A stretch of 24,000 nucleotides of DNA from Candidatus Omnitrophota bacterium. Its GTDB lineage: Bacteria; Omnitrophota; Gorgyraeia; B26-G9. The notes below the pieces were generated by a model. That model was not told the origin of the DNA. It saw only the letters and a program-made list of their open reading frames with translations, and ran no database searches. Positions 9,859 to 17,819 of the stretch are shown in pieces (positions within the stretch are counted from its first letter, which is position 1; each line of letters opens with the position of its first letter). The translations under genes and the position numbers were made by a program. Location of the stretch: positions 15,347 to 39,346 of the forward strand of contig JAHITE010000036.1 in NCBI GenBank assembly GCA_018817585.1, written 5' to 3'.

Positions 9859-10121
9859 TGTATTTATTCTTTGGTTTTGGATTTAAAAGCTGCGCGAGGA
9901 TTGCTTGGCAATCAGTGAATAATCACCTGTAAGAGGAATTAAAAACAGGATTACTCCATACTTTAATTAATAATTAAATTGGAATTAAACCGCAGTTTAA
10001 AATATTCTTACTCTATATTTAAACGCAAACTATAAAAGCCGTGTTAATGCTTTAATTAAATTTAAAATACTATTACCCTACAATTAAATTAAATTAAATC
10101 AATTCAATTCAATGCTTTAAT

Positions 10122-10589
10122 TTAAGCGTATTTATTATTACATATTTTAGCTATTTTTTCAATAGCGCGTTTTTCCAGATGATAAATACTATAGCGCATT
10201 GTTTTAAAGCTTTGCGCTGCCTGAGGATCAAATAATTTGGCGCATTCTTCCAGTACTCTTATCGACTCCTTAACTCTTTGGCAATTAGCCAGAAAAATAT
10301 CCAGGATATTGCTTCTTTTAGCCTCAGAGACTATGGTTTTCTTACCCACATCAGTCTGAATTTGGCGGTTATTGATGATCTCGGCCGGAGTTGTCGCTTT
10401 ATTGCTTTGTAAACAAGCAGTTACCGCGTGACGGATTTTTTTAAACTCAGCGCTTAAACGCGCGTCATCAATAATAAAGCGCATAATATCTTCAATTACG
10501 CGCAGTCCTTCTTTGAGCCGGTTAGCATTAGCATCAATTAATCTGTATAGCTTAAGGTTTTCAGAGTTTTGTTTTAGCAATTTTTTCAA
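10122..10589 (-). CDS. Stand-alone ThiE-N-terminal-like (ThiD2-like) domain protein, function unknown
   Basis: LYRLIDANANRLKEGLRVIEDIMRF matches, from memory, the conserved extension fused to thiamine-phosphate synthase in many bacteria. No ThiE barrel is present. Lies upstream of thiC. Confidence 0.45.
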   Translation of the reverse strand: MKKLLKQNSENLKLYRLIDANANRLKEGLRVIEDIMRFIIDDARLSAEFKKIRHAVTACLQSNKATTPAEIINNRQIQTDVGKKTIVSEAKRSNILDIFLANCQRVKESIRVLEECAKLFDPQAAQSFKTMRYSIYHLEKRAIEKIAKICNNKYA

Positions 10590-11043
10590 TCAGTTTTGTA
10601 GTTGAATATCCGTTGAGAAATTTTTCCCGGGCAATTTTTCCGCCATATTGTTTTAAAACATCAGCGCCGACAATATCGCTGGTTTTCCAGTCAGCACCTT
10701 TGACCAGAATATCAGGTTTGATTGTTTTTATTAGCTCAAGCGGCGTCTCCTGGGTAAAAATTGTTACATAATCAACGCTGGCTAAAGCGGCAATAACCTC
10801 GGATCTGTCAAGCTGGCAGTTAATTGGCCGGAATTTACCCTTGATTTTTCTAATTGAGGCATCACTGTTTAATCCGACAACTAAAATATCACCTTTTTTC
10901 TTGGCGGTTTGCAGATAATTCACATGCCCGCGGTGCATAATGTCAAAACAGCCATTGGTAAACACGATTTTCTGTTTAGCTTTTTTATGTTTAGCGATAA
11001 TTTTTGCCAAACTCGATAATGTTTTTATTTTTGCTTTTATCAT
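10561..11043 (-). CDS. hldC: D-glycero-beta-D-manno-heptose 1-phosphate adenylyltransferase (RfaE domain II type)
   Basis: FTNGCFDIMHRGHVNYL (HxGH nucleotidyltransferase motif) and VVGLNSDASIRKIKG. I prefer the ATG at 11043 (ATGA overlap with the gmhA stop) over the track start at 11073. Confidence 0.85.
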   Translation of the reverse strand: MIKAKIKTLSSLAKIIAKHKKAKQKIVFTNGCFDIMHRGHVNYLQTAKKKGDILVVGLNSDASIRKIKGKFRPINCQLDRSEVIAALASVDYVTIFTQETPLELIKTIKPDILVKGADWKTSDIVGADVLKQYGGKIAREKFLNGYSTTKLIEKIAKTKL

Positions 11044-11609
11044 TTTGAAAGCGCGTCTTCTACTAGTTTGCAAATAATATGAATAATCGTGATGTGCGAC
11101 TCTTGAATCCGGGCAGTGTCATCTGAAGGAACCATTAGACAAATATCCGTGATTTTCTTTAGATTAATGCCCCTCTCTCCGGTTAAGCCAATGGTAAACG
11201 CGCCCTTTGCTTTAGCTTTTTTAAGCCCGCTAATCACGTTTTTTGCCTGGCCGCTGGTCGAAATCCCAATAACAATATCACCTTTAGCGGCAAAGGCATC
11301 GATCTGACGTTCAAACACATATTCATAACTGTAATCATTAGCCAAAGCTGTAAGCGTGGATGTATTGGTAGTCAGAGCAATCGCGGGATAAGCCTTGCGT
11401 TCTTTTTTAAATCTGCCGACAAGTTCCGCGGCCATGTGCTGCGCGTCAGAGGCGCTGCCGCCATTGCCAAAAATTAATACTTTTTTATCGTTTTTATAAG
11501 CTTCGATAATCGCTTTGCTGATTGCCACGATCTGCTTAGTGTTTTTTTCCGCTATCGCGTGAATAGTCTGAGCGGAATTAATTAATAATTCCTGAACAAT
11601 TAACTTCAT
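11040..11609 (-). CDS. gmhA: D-sedoheptulose 7-phosphate isomerase (SIS domain)
   Basis: 189 aa; FGNGGSASDAQHMAAELVGRF and GISTSG motifs; AAGGA Shine-Dalgarno 5 nt upstream. Confidence 0.92.
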   Translation of the reverse strand: MKLIVQELLINSAQTIHAIAEKNTKQIVAISKAIIEAYKNDKKVLIFGNGGSASDAQHMAAELVGRFKKERKAYPAIALTTNTSTLTALANDYSYEYVFERQIDAFAAKGDIVIGISTSGQAKNVISGLKKAKAKGAFTIGLTGERGINLKKITDICLMVPSDDTARIQESHITIIHIICKLVEDALSK

Positions 11610-11617
11610 ATGATCCT

Positions 11618-12202
11618 TTAGCGCAGAAAAGGAATTTCCTGCTGTTTAATTTTTTTAGTTTTATCATTATCTTTAGGAGCAATCTTAACCACATGCATAT
11701 TAACCATTATCGGTTTTTCAATGCCGGCTAATAAGGTTTGTACCTGTACCTGGATTGCGGACTGGATTCTTTCTGTGATCTCCGGAATATTGGAAGTTGA
11801 CCAGAGCACTACCCTGGTTTCGATTTCAATCCTTTTTCTGGTAACAAATACTTCAGAACGCAATTCTTTAACCTCAGGTAATTGATGTGTCAGCTTGCGG
11901 ATAAAATCCTCAATCGCGCCTAGAGAAATAATTATTTGACCGCCATTAGTTGAATAGCCAATGGTTTTTTCCGCCTGAAATTTCTTAAATGAAATATTGG
12001 CCAAAGACAAACTAACCAGAACCAACAAAACTCCGGTTAAACCAACCAGGATATGCAGATTCGGAAAATTAACAAAATAATCAATCAAAATACTTAGATC
12101 ATATTTGCCGGCTAAATGAAAAGCGAAAAATACTAAGCCAGTGCCGATAAAAATGAAAATAAGCGAATAGAAAAAAACAATGATCTTGTTAAAAATACGC
12201 AT
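11618..12202 (-). CDS. AmaP-like alkaline-shock membrane anchor protein
   Basis: Two N-terminal hydrophobic helices followed by a soluble domain. Sits directly downstream of an Asp23-family gene, as in amaP/asp23 operons. AAGGGGG Shine-Dalgarno. Assignment is by context and pattern. Confidence 0.55.
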   Translation of the reverse strand: MRIFNKIIVFFYSLIFIFIGTGLVFFAFHLAGKYDLSILIDYFVNFPNLHILVGLTGVLLVLVSLSLANISFKKFQAEKTIGYSTNGGQIIISLGAIEDFIRKLTHQLPEVKELRSEVFVTRKRIEIETRVVLWSTSNIPEITERIQSAIQVQVQTLLAGIEKPIMVNMHVVKIAPKDNDKTKKIKQQEIPFLR

Positions 12203-12214
12203 AAATGCCCCCTT

Positions 12215-12580
12215 TTAGTTTTCTGATTCTTCAGCGTGAATATCGGCGATATTGACATTAACTTCCGAAACAGATAATCCGGTCATTTCTTCAATAGCCG
12301 TGCGGATATTTTCCTGAACCAATGCCGAAACATCCGGTATTGTAACTCCATAGCGCACAACAATTGTTACCCCGATTTTAACTTCACTTTCGCTAATATC
12401 CAGACTGATTCCCTTATTATGATATCCTTTGCTGAATAAGTCAAAAACCAGGGAAAGTATACCGCGTTTTACGCTTTCAACTCCGTCAACCTGCAATGCC
12501 GCGTTTCGGGCAATTGAAGCAATCACTTCATTGTTTATTTTTAATACTCCCAGATCATTTTTCTTTTCTTTCTCAGACAC
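12215..12580 (-). CDS. Asp23/Gls24 family envelope-stress protein
   Basis: 121 aa; LKINNEVIASIARNAALQVDGV and an acidic C-terminus typical of Asp23. GTG start preceded by AAGGGGG. Confidence 0.85.
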   Translation of the reverse strand: MSEKEKKNDLGVLKINNEVIASIARNAALQVDGVESVKRGILSLVFDLFSKGYHNKGISLDISESEVKIGVTIVVRYGVTIPDVSALVQENIRTAIEEMTGLSVSEVNVNIADIHAEESEN

Positions 12581-12592
12581 AACAGCCCCCTT

Positions 12593-13942
12593 TTAAACCT
12601 TATTTTCTAAAAATTTCTCAACAAAATTTGTATAAAACTCCCCTTTAACAAACTGCGGATTAGTAAACACTGCTTTATGAAACGGAATAGTTGTTTTTAT
12701 CGGACCGATCACAAATTCGTCCAAAGCTCTTTGCATGATTTTAATTGCTTCTTTTCTATTTGCTCCGTGAACAATTAATTTAGCAATCATTGAATCATAA
12801 TAAGGCGATATTTTATATCCGCTATAAACATGAGAATCAATTCTTACCCCTCTGCCTCCAGGCATATGCAAAGTCTCGATTGTTCCCGGACACGGCATGA
12901 AATTATTTGCCGGGTCTTCGGCGTTTATCCGGCATTCAATTGCCCAGCCGTTAATTTTTATATCTTCCTGCGTGAGTTTTAATTTTTCTCCGGCGGCGAT
13001 TTTAATTTGTTCCTTGATTAAATCAACGCCCGTGACCATTTCCGTAACCGTGTGTTCAACCTGAATCCGGGTATTCATTTCCATGAAATAGAATTTACCG
13101 TCAGTATCGAGCATAAACTCAATTGTCCCGGCGCTGGTATAATTTACAGCTTTAGCCGCCCGCACAGCTGTATCATGCAGTTTTTTACGGGTTTTCGCGT
13201 CCATTGCCGGAGAAGGACTTTCCTCAATTAATTTCTGATGACGGCGCTGTACAGTACAGTCTCTTTCCCCTAAATGAATAACATGTCCGTATTTATCCGC
13301 CAGAATCTGGACTTCAATATGCCGCGGTCTTTCAAAATATTTCTCCAAATACACCGAACCACTGCCGAAATTCGCTTCAGCTTCGGTTTGCGCGGTAATA
13401 ATCGAGCTGACCAGGCGAACATCATTATGGGCAACACGCATCCCTTTTCCGCCGCCGCCGCTGGCTGCTTTGATAATCACAGGGTATTTGATTTTATTGG
13501 CGATTTTAATTGCTTCATCTTTATTATCAATCAATCCCGCGGAACCGGGAATAATCGGTACTCCGGCTTTGCGCATTGAATCCTTGGCAACCATTTTATC
13601 ACCCAAAGAACGGATATTATCCGGAGTAGGTCCGATAAAGTTAATATGACAGGATTCGCAGATCTCGGCGAAATGCGCGTTTTCCGAAAGAAAACCATAA
13701 CCCGGATGAATTGCTTCAACATCCGTGATTTCCGCGGCGCTCATGATTGCCGCGATATTTAAATAACTCGCTGTTCCCTGCGCCGGGCCAACGCATACAG
13801 ATTCATCAGCAAACTGCACATGCATTGAACTGGCATCAGCTTCAGAATAAACCGCTACAGTCCGAATCCCCATTTCTTTGCAGGCACGAATAATTCGCAA
13901 AGCGATTTCGCCTCTATTGGCTATAAGAATTTTTGAAAACAT
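12593..13942 (-). CDS. accC: Acetyl-CoA carboxylase biotin carboxylase subunit
   Basis: 449 aa; [45 protein letters not shown] (ATP-grasp). Confidence 0.97.
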   Translation of the reverse strand: MFSKILIANRGEIALRIIRACKEMGIRTVAVYSEADASSMHVQFADESVCVGPAQGTASYLNIAAIMSAAEITDVEAIHPGYGFLSENAHFAEICESCHINFIGPTPDNIRSLGDKMVAKDSMRKAGVPIIPGSAGLIDNKDEAIKIANKIKYPVIIKAASGGGGKGMRVAHNDVRLVSSIITAQTEAEANFGSGSVYLEKYFERPRHIEVQILADKYGHVIHLGERDCTVQRRHQKLIEESPSPAMDAKTRKKLHDTAVRAAKAVNYTSAGTIEFMLDTDGKFYFMEMNTRIQVEHTVTEMVTGVDLIKEQIKIAAGEKLKLTQEDIKINGWAIECRINAEDPANNFMPCPGTIETLHMPGGRGVRIDSHVYSGYKISPYYDSMIAKLIVHGANRKEAIKIMQRALDEFVIGPIKTTIPFHKAVFTNPQFVKGEFYTNFVEKFLENKV

Positions 13943-13955
13943 AATTTTTCCCTAA

Positions 13956-14420
13956 TCAGTTTTGTTCAATAACAAAAAGTACCTGACCAAATTCAATCGG
14001 GTCAGCATTTTCCACATTAATCGCTTTTATTTTACCTCTAACTTCAGATTTGATCTCATTCATTAATTTCATGGCTTCAATAATACAGATAACCTGTCCG
14101 ATTTCAACAGTGCCGCCAACTTCCACAAACGGAGCGGCATCAGGTGACGGCGCGCGGTAAAAAGTTCCGACCATTGGCGCTTTAATTTCCAATCCCCCAC
14201 TTATCGGAGTAACCAGGGCTTGAGTAACCGGCTGATTCATATCCTGCTGCTGCGGGATATATCCCATATTTAGCTGTTGAGGCATTCTTTCATATACCAC
14301 ATTGGAAGCTCCGCCGCCGCGGTTTAAACGGATTTTCAAGCCTTCTTTTTCCAGCTCCAGCTCGGTCAGATCGTTTTCCTTCATCAATGCTATCATTTCC
14401 TTGATTTCTTTTAAATTCAT
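13956..14420 (-). CDS. accB: Biotin carboxyl carrier protein
   Basis: EAMKLMNEI biotinyl-lysine motif. I prefer the ATG at 14420 (MNLKEIKEM, AGGAG Shine-Dalgarno 6 nt upstream) over the TTG at 14426 used in the track. Confidence 0.95.
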   Translation of the reverse strand: MNLKEIKEMIALMKENDLTELELEKEGLKIRLNRGGGASNVVYERMPQQLNMGYIPQQQDMNQPVTQALVTPISGGLEIKAPMVGTFYRAPSPDAAPFVEVGGTVEIGQVICIIEAMKLMNEIKSEVRGKIKAINVENADPIEFGQVLFVIEQN

Positions 14421-14508
14421 AAGCAACTCCTAACCTTAAAAGTCCAAACCACCTGATTATTATTCATTCCGCTTAATTTCTATATTATACATTAAACTAG
14501 CTAAAAAG

Positions 14509-15066
14509 TTAAACCCTTTCCACATACGCGCCGGTTCGGGTATCGATTTTGATCTTATCTCCCTGATTAATAAACAAAGGCACGGAAATAGTCGCTCCGG
14601 TTTCAATCGTAGCTGGTTTTAAAGAACCCCCTGTAGTATCACCTTTAAATCCCGGCTCAGTATGAGTTATTTCCAGCTCCACAAACATCGGCAGATTTAC
14701 TTCCAGCAGTTCATTTTTAAAACTAATGATCGAAACATCCATATTTTCTTTTAAATATCCGACAATATCTTTTAAAACTTCTTTATCCATGGTTGCTTCT
14801 TCAAATGTTTCCTGATCCATGAAATGATAAGTATTGCCCGCGGCATACAGAAACTGCATTTTCTTTTCTTCAATAAACGCGACTTCTAATTTTTCTTCAA
14901 CTCTAAACGTTCTTTCTAATATTTTCTTAGTTCTTAAATTGCGCATTTTTGTCCGGGTAAAAGCAGCGCCTTTTCCGGGTTTTACCGGCTGAAAATCAAC
15001 TATCACATAGATTCCGCCGTCATACTCTAAAGTCATTCCGGTTTTAAACTGATTTGCTGTTATCAT
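14509..15066 (-). CDS. efp: Elongation factor P
   Basis: 185 aa; VKPGKGAAFTRTKMRNL loop and three-domain length. Confidence 0.96.
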   Translation of the reverse strand: MITANQFKTGMTLEYDGGIYVIVDFQPVKPGKGAAFTRTKMRNLRTKKILERTFRVEEKLEVAFIEEKKMQFLYAAGNTYHFMDQETFEEATMDKEVLKDIVGYLKENMDVSIISFKNELLEVNLPMFVELEITHTEPGFKGDTTGGSLKPATIETGATISVPLFINQGDKIKIDTRTGAYVERV

Positions 15067-15068
15067 AA

Positions 15069-16112
15069 TTATAAAATCTCACATCCTTTGTTAGTAACTA
15101 AGACCATATCCTCTATTCTGATTCCCCCGGAATCGGGAATATAAATTCCAGGCTCAACTGTAAATACCATTGATTTCTTTAAACGCATTGAATTTTTATT
15201 GGAAATATTGGGAGCCTCATGAACTTCCAAACCAACTCCATGGCCCAACGAATGACCAAAATACTTATCCAGATCAGCTGCTTTCAGCACTTCTCTTGCC
15301 GCAAAGTCGATTTTCTCAATCTTAACCTGCGGCCGGATTAAGCTAATCGCTCTATCTTGAGCAGTAGCAACGAGTTTATAATATTCAATATATTGGCTAA
15401 TTTTACCTGAAAAGAAAGTCCTTGTCAAGTCAGATTTATAGCCCTGGACAGTTGCGCCCACATCGATAATAATCGGCTCATTATTCTTGATTTTGCGTTC
15501 TGTGGTAACCGCGTGCGGCATGGCCGCGTTTGGCCCTGAGGCGACAATAGTATCAAAAGCCGGCTGAGTTGAGCCATTGTCAATCAGCAGCAGCTCCAGT
15601 TTTGTTTTAAGCGCTCTTTCACTAATCCCTGGCTTTATCAGCGGTTTTAACTGGTTTAATGATTTTTTAACAATTTTCACAGCTTGGCGGATCAAAGCGA
15701 TTTCTTCCGGGCTTTTAATCATCCGCAGCTGTTCCACAAAGTTTTGAGCAGTAATAATCCGCGTTTCAGGCAATAAAGCAACTTTGATCCGGCTGTACTG
15801 ATTATAAGTAATATGGTCTGGTTCAAAACAAATCAATTTGATTTTTAATTTTTTACACAACTCAGCCAGTAAAGCATAAACTGAAGTCGTGACCATCTCG
15901 ATCTGATAACTTTTGTCTATTTCCTGCTGCGCCTGCAATTTATAGCGAAAATCACTGATAAACACATTTTGCTTAGCACTGATCAACAGCCATGATTCAG
16001 CAGAGGTAAAGCCGGACAAATAACGCACATTTGCCGGACAGGCAATCATCATAGCATCAATATTTGATTTTTTAAGATAAGCTCTTAATTTATTAACTCT
16101 GAGATTACTCAT
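15069..16112 (-). CDS. pepP: Xaa-Pro aminopeptidase/dipeptidase (M24B)
   Basis: 347 aa; HSLGHGVGLEVHE and VEPGIY...GIRIED metal-ligand pattern. Conserved position between aroQ and efp. Confidence 0.88.
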   Translation of the reverse strand: MSNLRVNKLRAYLKKSNIDAMMIACPANVRYLSGFTSAESWLLISAKQNVFISDFRYKLQAQQEIDKSYQIEMVTTSVYALLAELCKKLKIKLICFEPDHITYNQYSRIKVALLPETRIITAQNFVEQLRMIKSPEEIALIRQAVKIVKKSLNQLKPLIKPGISERALKTKLELLLIDNGSTQPAFDTIVASGPNAAMPHAVTTERKIKNNEPIIIDVGATVQGYKSDLTRTFFSGKISQYIEYYKLVATAQDRAISLIRPQVKIEKIDFAAREVLKAADLDKYFGHSLGHGVGLEVHEAPNISNKNSMRLKKSMVFTVEPGIYIPDSGGIRIEDMVLVTNKGCEIL

Positions 16113-16127
16113 ACTTTTCCTTTAATA

Positions 16128-16176
16128 GGGACAGCGACTATTTTTCATCTTACTATCCATTGAAAAATAATGTCCC
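16128..16176 (-). other. Two-helix hairpin in the aroQ-pepP spacer
   Basis: GGGACA/TGTCCC (6 bp) and TATTTTTCA/TGAAAAATA (9 bp), separated by an asymmetric internal loop (gcgac versus a), with a 13-nt apical loop. No T-run follows on the minus strand, so it is not a canonical terminator. Confidence 0.5.
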
Positions 16177-16182
16177 AGCAAG

Positions 16183-16623
16183 CTAACTTTTATTTATAAT
16201 CGTTAATATTGCTTCTAATCCCAGAATATAACTATGCTGGCCAAAGCCCGAAACCTGACCTGAACTCACCGGAGCAATTAACGAAGTATGCCGGAATTCT
16301 TCCCGGGCATAGATATTCGATAAATGCACTTCCACAGTAGGAATGCCCACAGCGCTGATCGCGTCGCGAATCGCCACGCTAGTATGAGTATAAGCCGCGG
16401 GATTAATCAGTAAAGCAGCATAAGTCGAATTAGCTTTGCCGATTATATCCACAATTTCACCTTCATGATTTGATTGGGTAATGTCCACTTTCATATTATT
16501 TTTTTTCGCCCAGATTAAAATATTATTATTAATAGTCTCAAGAGTCACCTTCCCGTAAATATCCGGCTCTCTTTCACCCAGAAGATTTAAATTCGGTCCA
16601 TGAATCACCAGGATATTTTTCAT
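16183..16623 (-). CDS. aroQ: Type II 3-dehydroquinate dehydratase
   Basis: 146 aa; HGPNLNLLGEREP, AYTHTS, HLSNIYAREEFRH. Confidence 0.95.
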   Translation of the reverse strand: MKNILVIHGPNLNLLGEREPDIYGKVTLETINNNILIWAKKNNMKVDITQSNHEGEIVDIIGKANSTYAALLINPAAYTHTSVAIRDAISAVGIPTVEVHLSNIYAREEFRHTSLIAPVSSGQVSGFGQHSYILGLEAILTIINKS

Positions 16624-16770
16624 ATCATTCTCCTTATATATTATATTATTAATTTCTCTAAGATTATTGATATCTTACCATTGTATGGGGGGATTGTCTA
16701 CTAAAACACATTGAAATGTGTGTGTATTACACAATGGATAATGGTTTTTGCAGTTTTTAGTTTTTTAACC

Positions 16771-16798
16771 ATGAGCTATGAGCCATCAGCTATTAGCT
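16771..16798. repeat. Four tandem heptamers ATGAGCT ATGAGCC ATCAGCT ATTAGCT
   Basis: Read directly. The stop codon of the transposase remnant (16786-16788) lies inside the array. Confidence 0.8.
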
Positions 16799-17046
16799 AT
16801 GTTATAAATATCCTGTTTCCATTTTTCGGGATTATCACGAATATATTTCTGAATTTGGCATAATGATTCATCATTGCGAATAATGTGGTCATAAAACGAT
16901 CGTTGCCATAAACGTTTATTAAATGGTGGCCAATTATTTTTTTTGACATTTTGAATGTATTGATTTGTTGTTATTGATTTAAACCATTTGATCATATCGA
17001 TATTGTAGGGGCGGCTGGCTGGCCGCCCGTATTGATCATCATCCAA
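16786..17046 (-). pseudogene. C-terminal remnant of an IS200/REP-associated (RAYT-like) Y1 transposase
   Basis: WQRSFYDHIIRNDESL...IRDNPEKW is the C-terminal Tyr-helix region of Y1 transposases. The N-terminal HUH half is missing. The only start is a TTG four codons after an in-frame TGA. GC-rich hairpin GGGCGGC-tggctg-GCCGCCC at 17010-17029. Confidence 0.7.
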
Positions 17047-17101
17047 TTTTTTATTTCATATCGCACATTCTTCTTCATTTCTTTGCAGGGAATGTTTTTC
17101 T

Positions 17102-17129
17102 ATTCGCTAAGCCCTAAACGCTAATCGCT
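17102..17129. repeat. Four tandem heptamers ATTCGCT AAGCCCT AAACGCT AATCGCT
   Basis: Read directly. The stop codon of the peptidase gene (17114-17116) lies inside the array. Confidence 0.8.
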
Positions 17130-17731
17130 ACTTTAAAATGGTCAAAGAAAAGAAATTGTTTTTCTTTCTCATGCTCTATTGACCAATCCGCTTTATAATC
17201 TGACAATTCAGGCAACCAACCATATTTATGTGTTGCCTCAAGTAAATAACAACGACCATTCACATATATATGAACCCAAGCGTGTCCGCATGATTCTGAT
17301 GTGCCAATAACTAATCTTGCCTTAAAACCCATGTCATGTAATTGGCGCCAAGCCCAAATTGAATGATCTTCACAATCTCCTTTGCGCCTTTTTTCAAATA
17401 TATCAGGAGGTTCCCAAAAATCTTTTTGACTTCTAGTTTCTCGGTCAGAAACATATTTACATTTTCTAAGAAAATTTTCAATATCCCTTAAGTTTTTTGG
17501 TCTGGTAGAAAGAGGTTTATTAAAATATCTATTCCAAGGATGTGTATTACCCAAATAAGCCTTGCGATGTTTTTTGCCTTGCCATTCTTTTTCTCCCCCA
17601 GGTAATTCTCTTATCATAAATACTGGAGCACAATTAAAATCCTGTTTAAAATCAGGGAGATATTTTTTATATAAAACTAGAAATATAGGATTAAGGATAT
17701 GAAAAAGCATACGTTTTATTAAATTTTTCAT
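17114..17731 (-). CDS. Transglutaminase-like cysteine peptidase (BTLCP/peptidase C93-like) with an N-terminal hydrophobic anchor
   Basis: FWEPPDIFEKRRKGDCEDHSIWAWRQL...GHAWVHIYVNGRCYLLEAT gives a Cys-His-acid core in the order and spacing of the transglutaminase-like fold. Hydrophobic N-terminus HILNPIFLVLY. Confidence 0.6.
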   Translation of the reverse strand: MKNLIKRMLFHILNPIFLVLYKKYLPDFKQDFNCAPVFMIRELPGGEKEWQGKKHRKAYLGNTHPWNRYFNKPLSTRPKNLRDIENFLRKCKYVSDRETRSQKDFWEPPDIFEKRRKGDCEDHSIWAWRQLHDMGFKARLVIGTSESCGHAWVHIYVNGRCYLLEATHKYGWLPELSDYKADWSIEHEKEKQFLFFDHFKVAISV

Positions 17732-17819
17732 TATTTAGTTTTCCAATATAACATGCTTACCTTCATTTCGTTCTATTCAGTAAAAGAATTTATTTTAAGC
17801 TATTACTAGTCAGTTCCTC

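Noticed and set aside
9859-10121. Expected TPP (THI-box) riboswitch upstream of thiC
   Set aside because: I could not find CUGAGA or the ACCUGAUCUGG...GCG.AGGGA core on the minus strand, so I do not annotate a riboswitch. It is kept only as an open question in the findings.
10561-10589. 29-nt overlap between hldC and the ThiE-N-like gene considered as a frameshifted fusion
   Set aside because: Each frame has its own plausible start and stop, and the two products belong to unrelated families. A short overlap is consistent with the compact coupling seen throughout this window.
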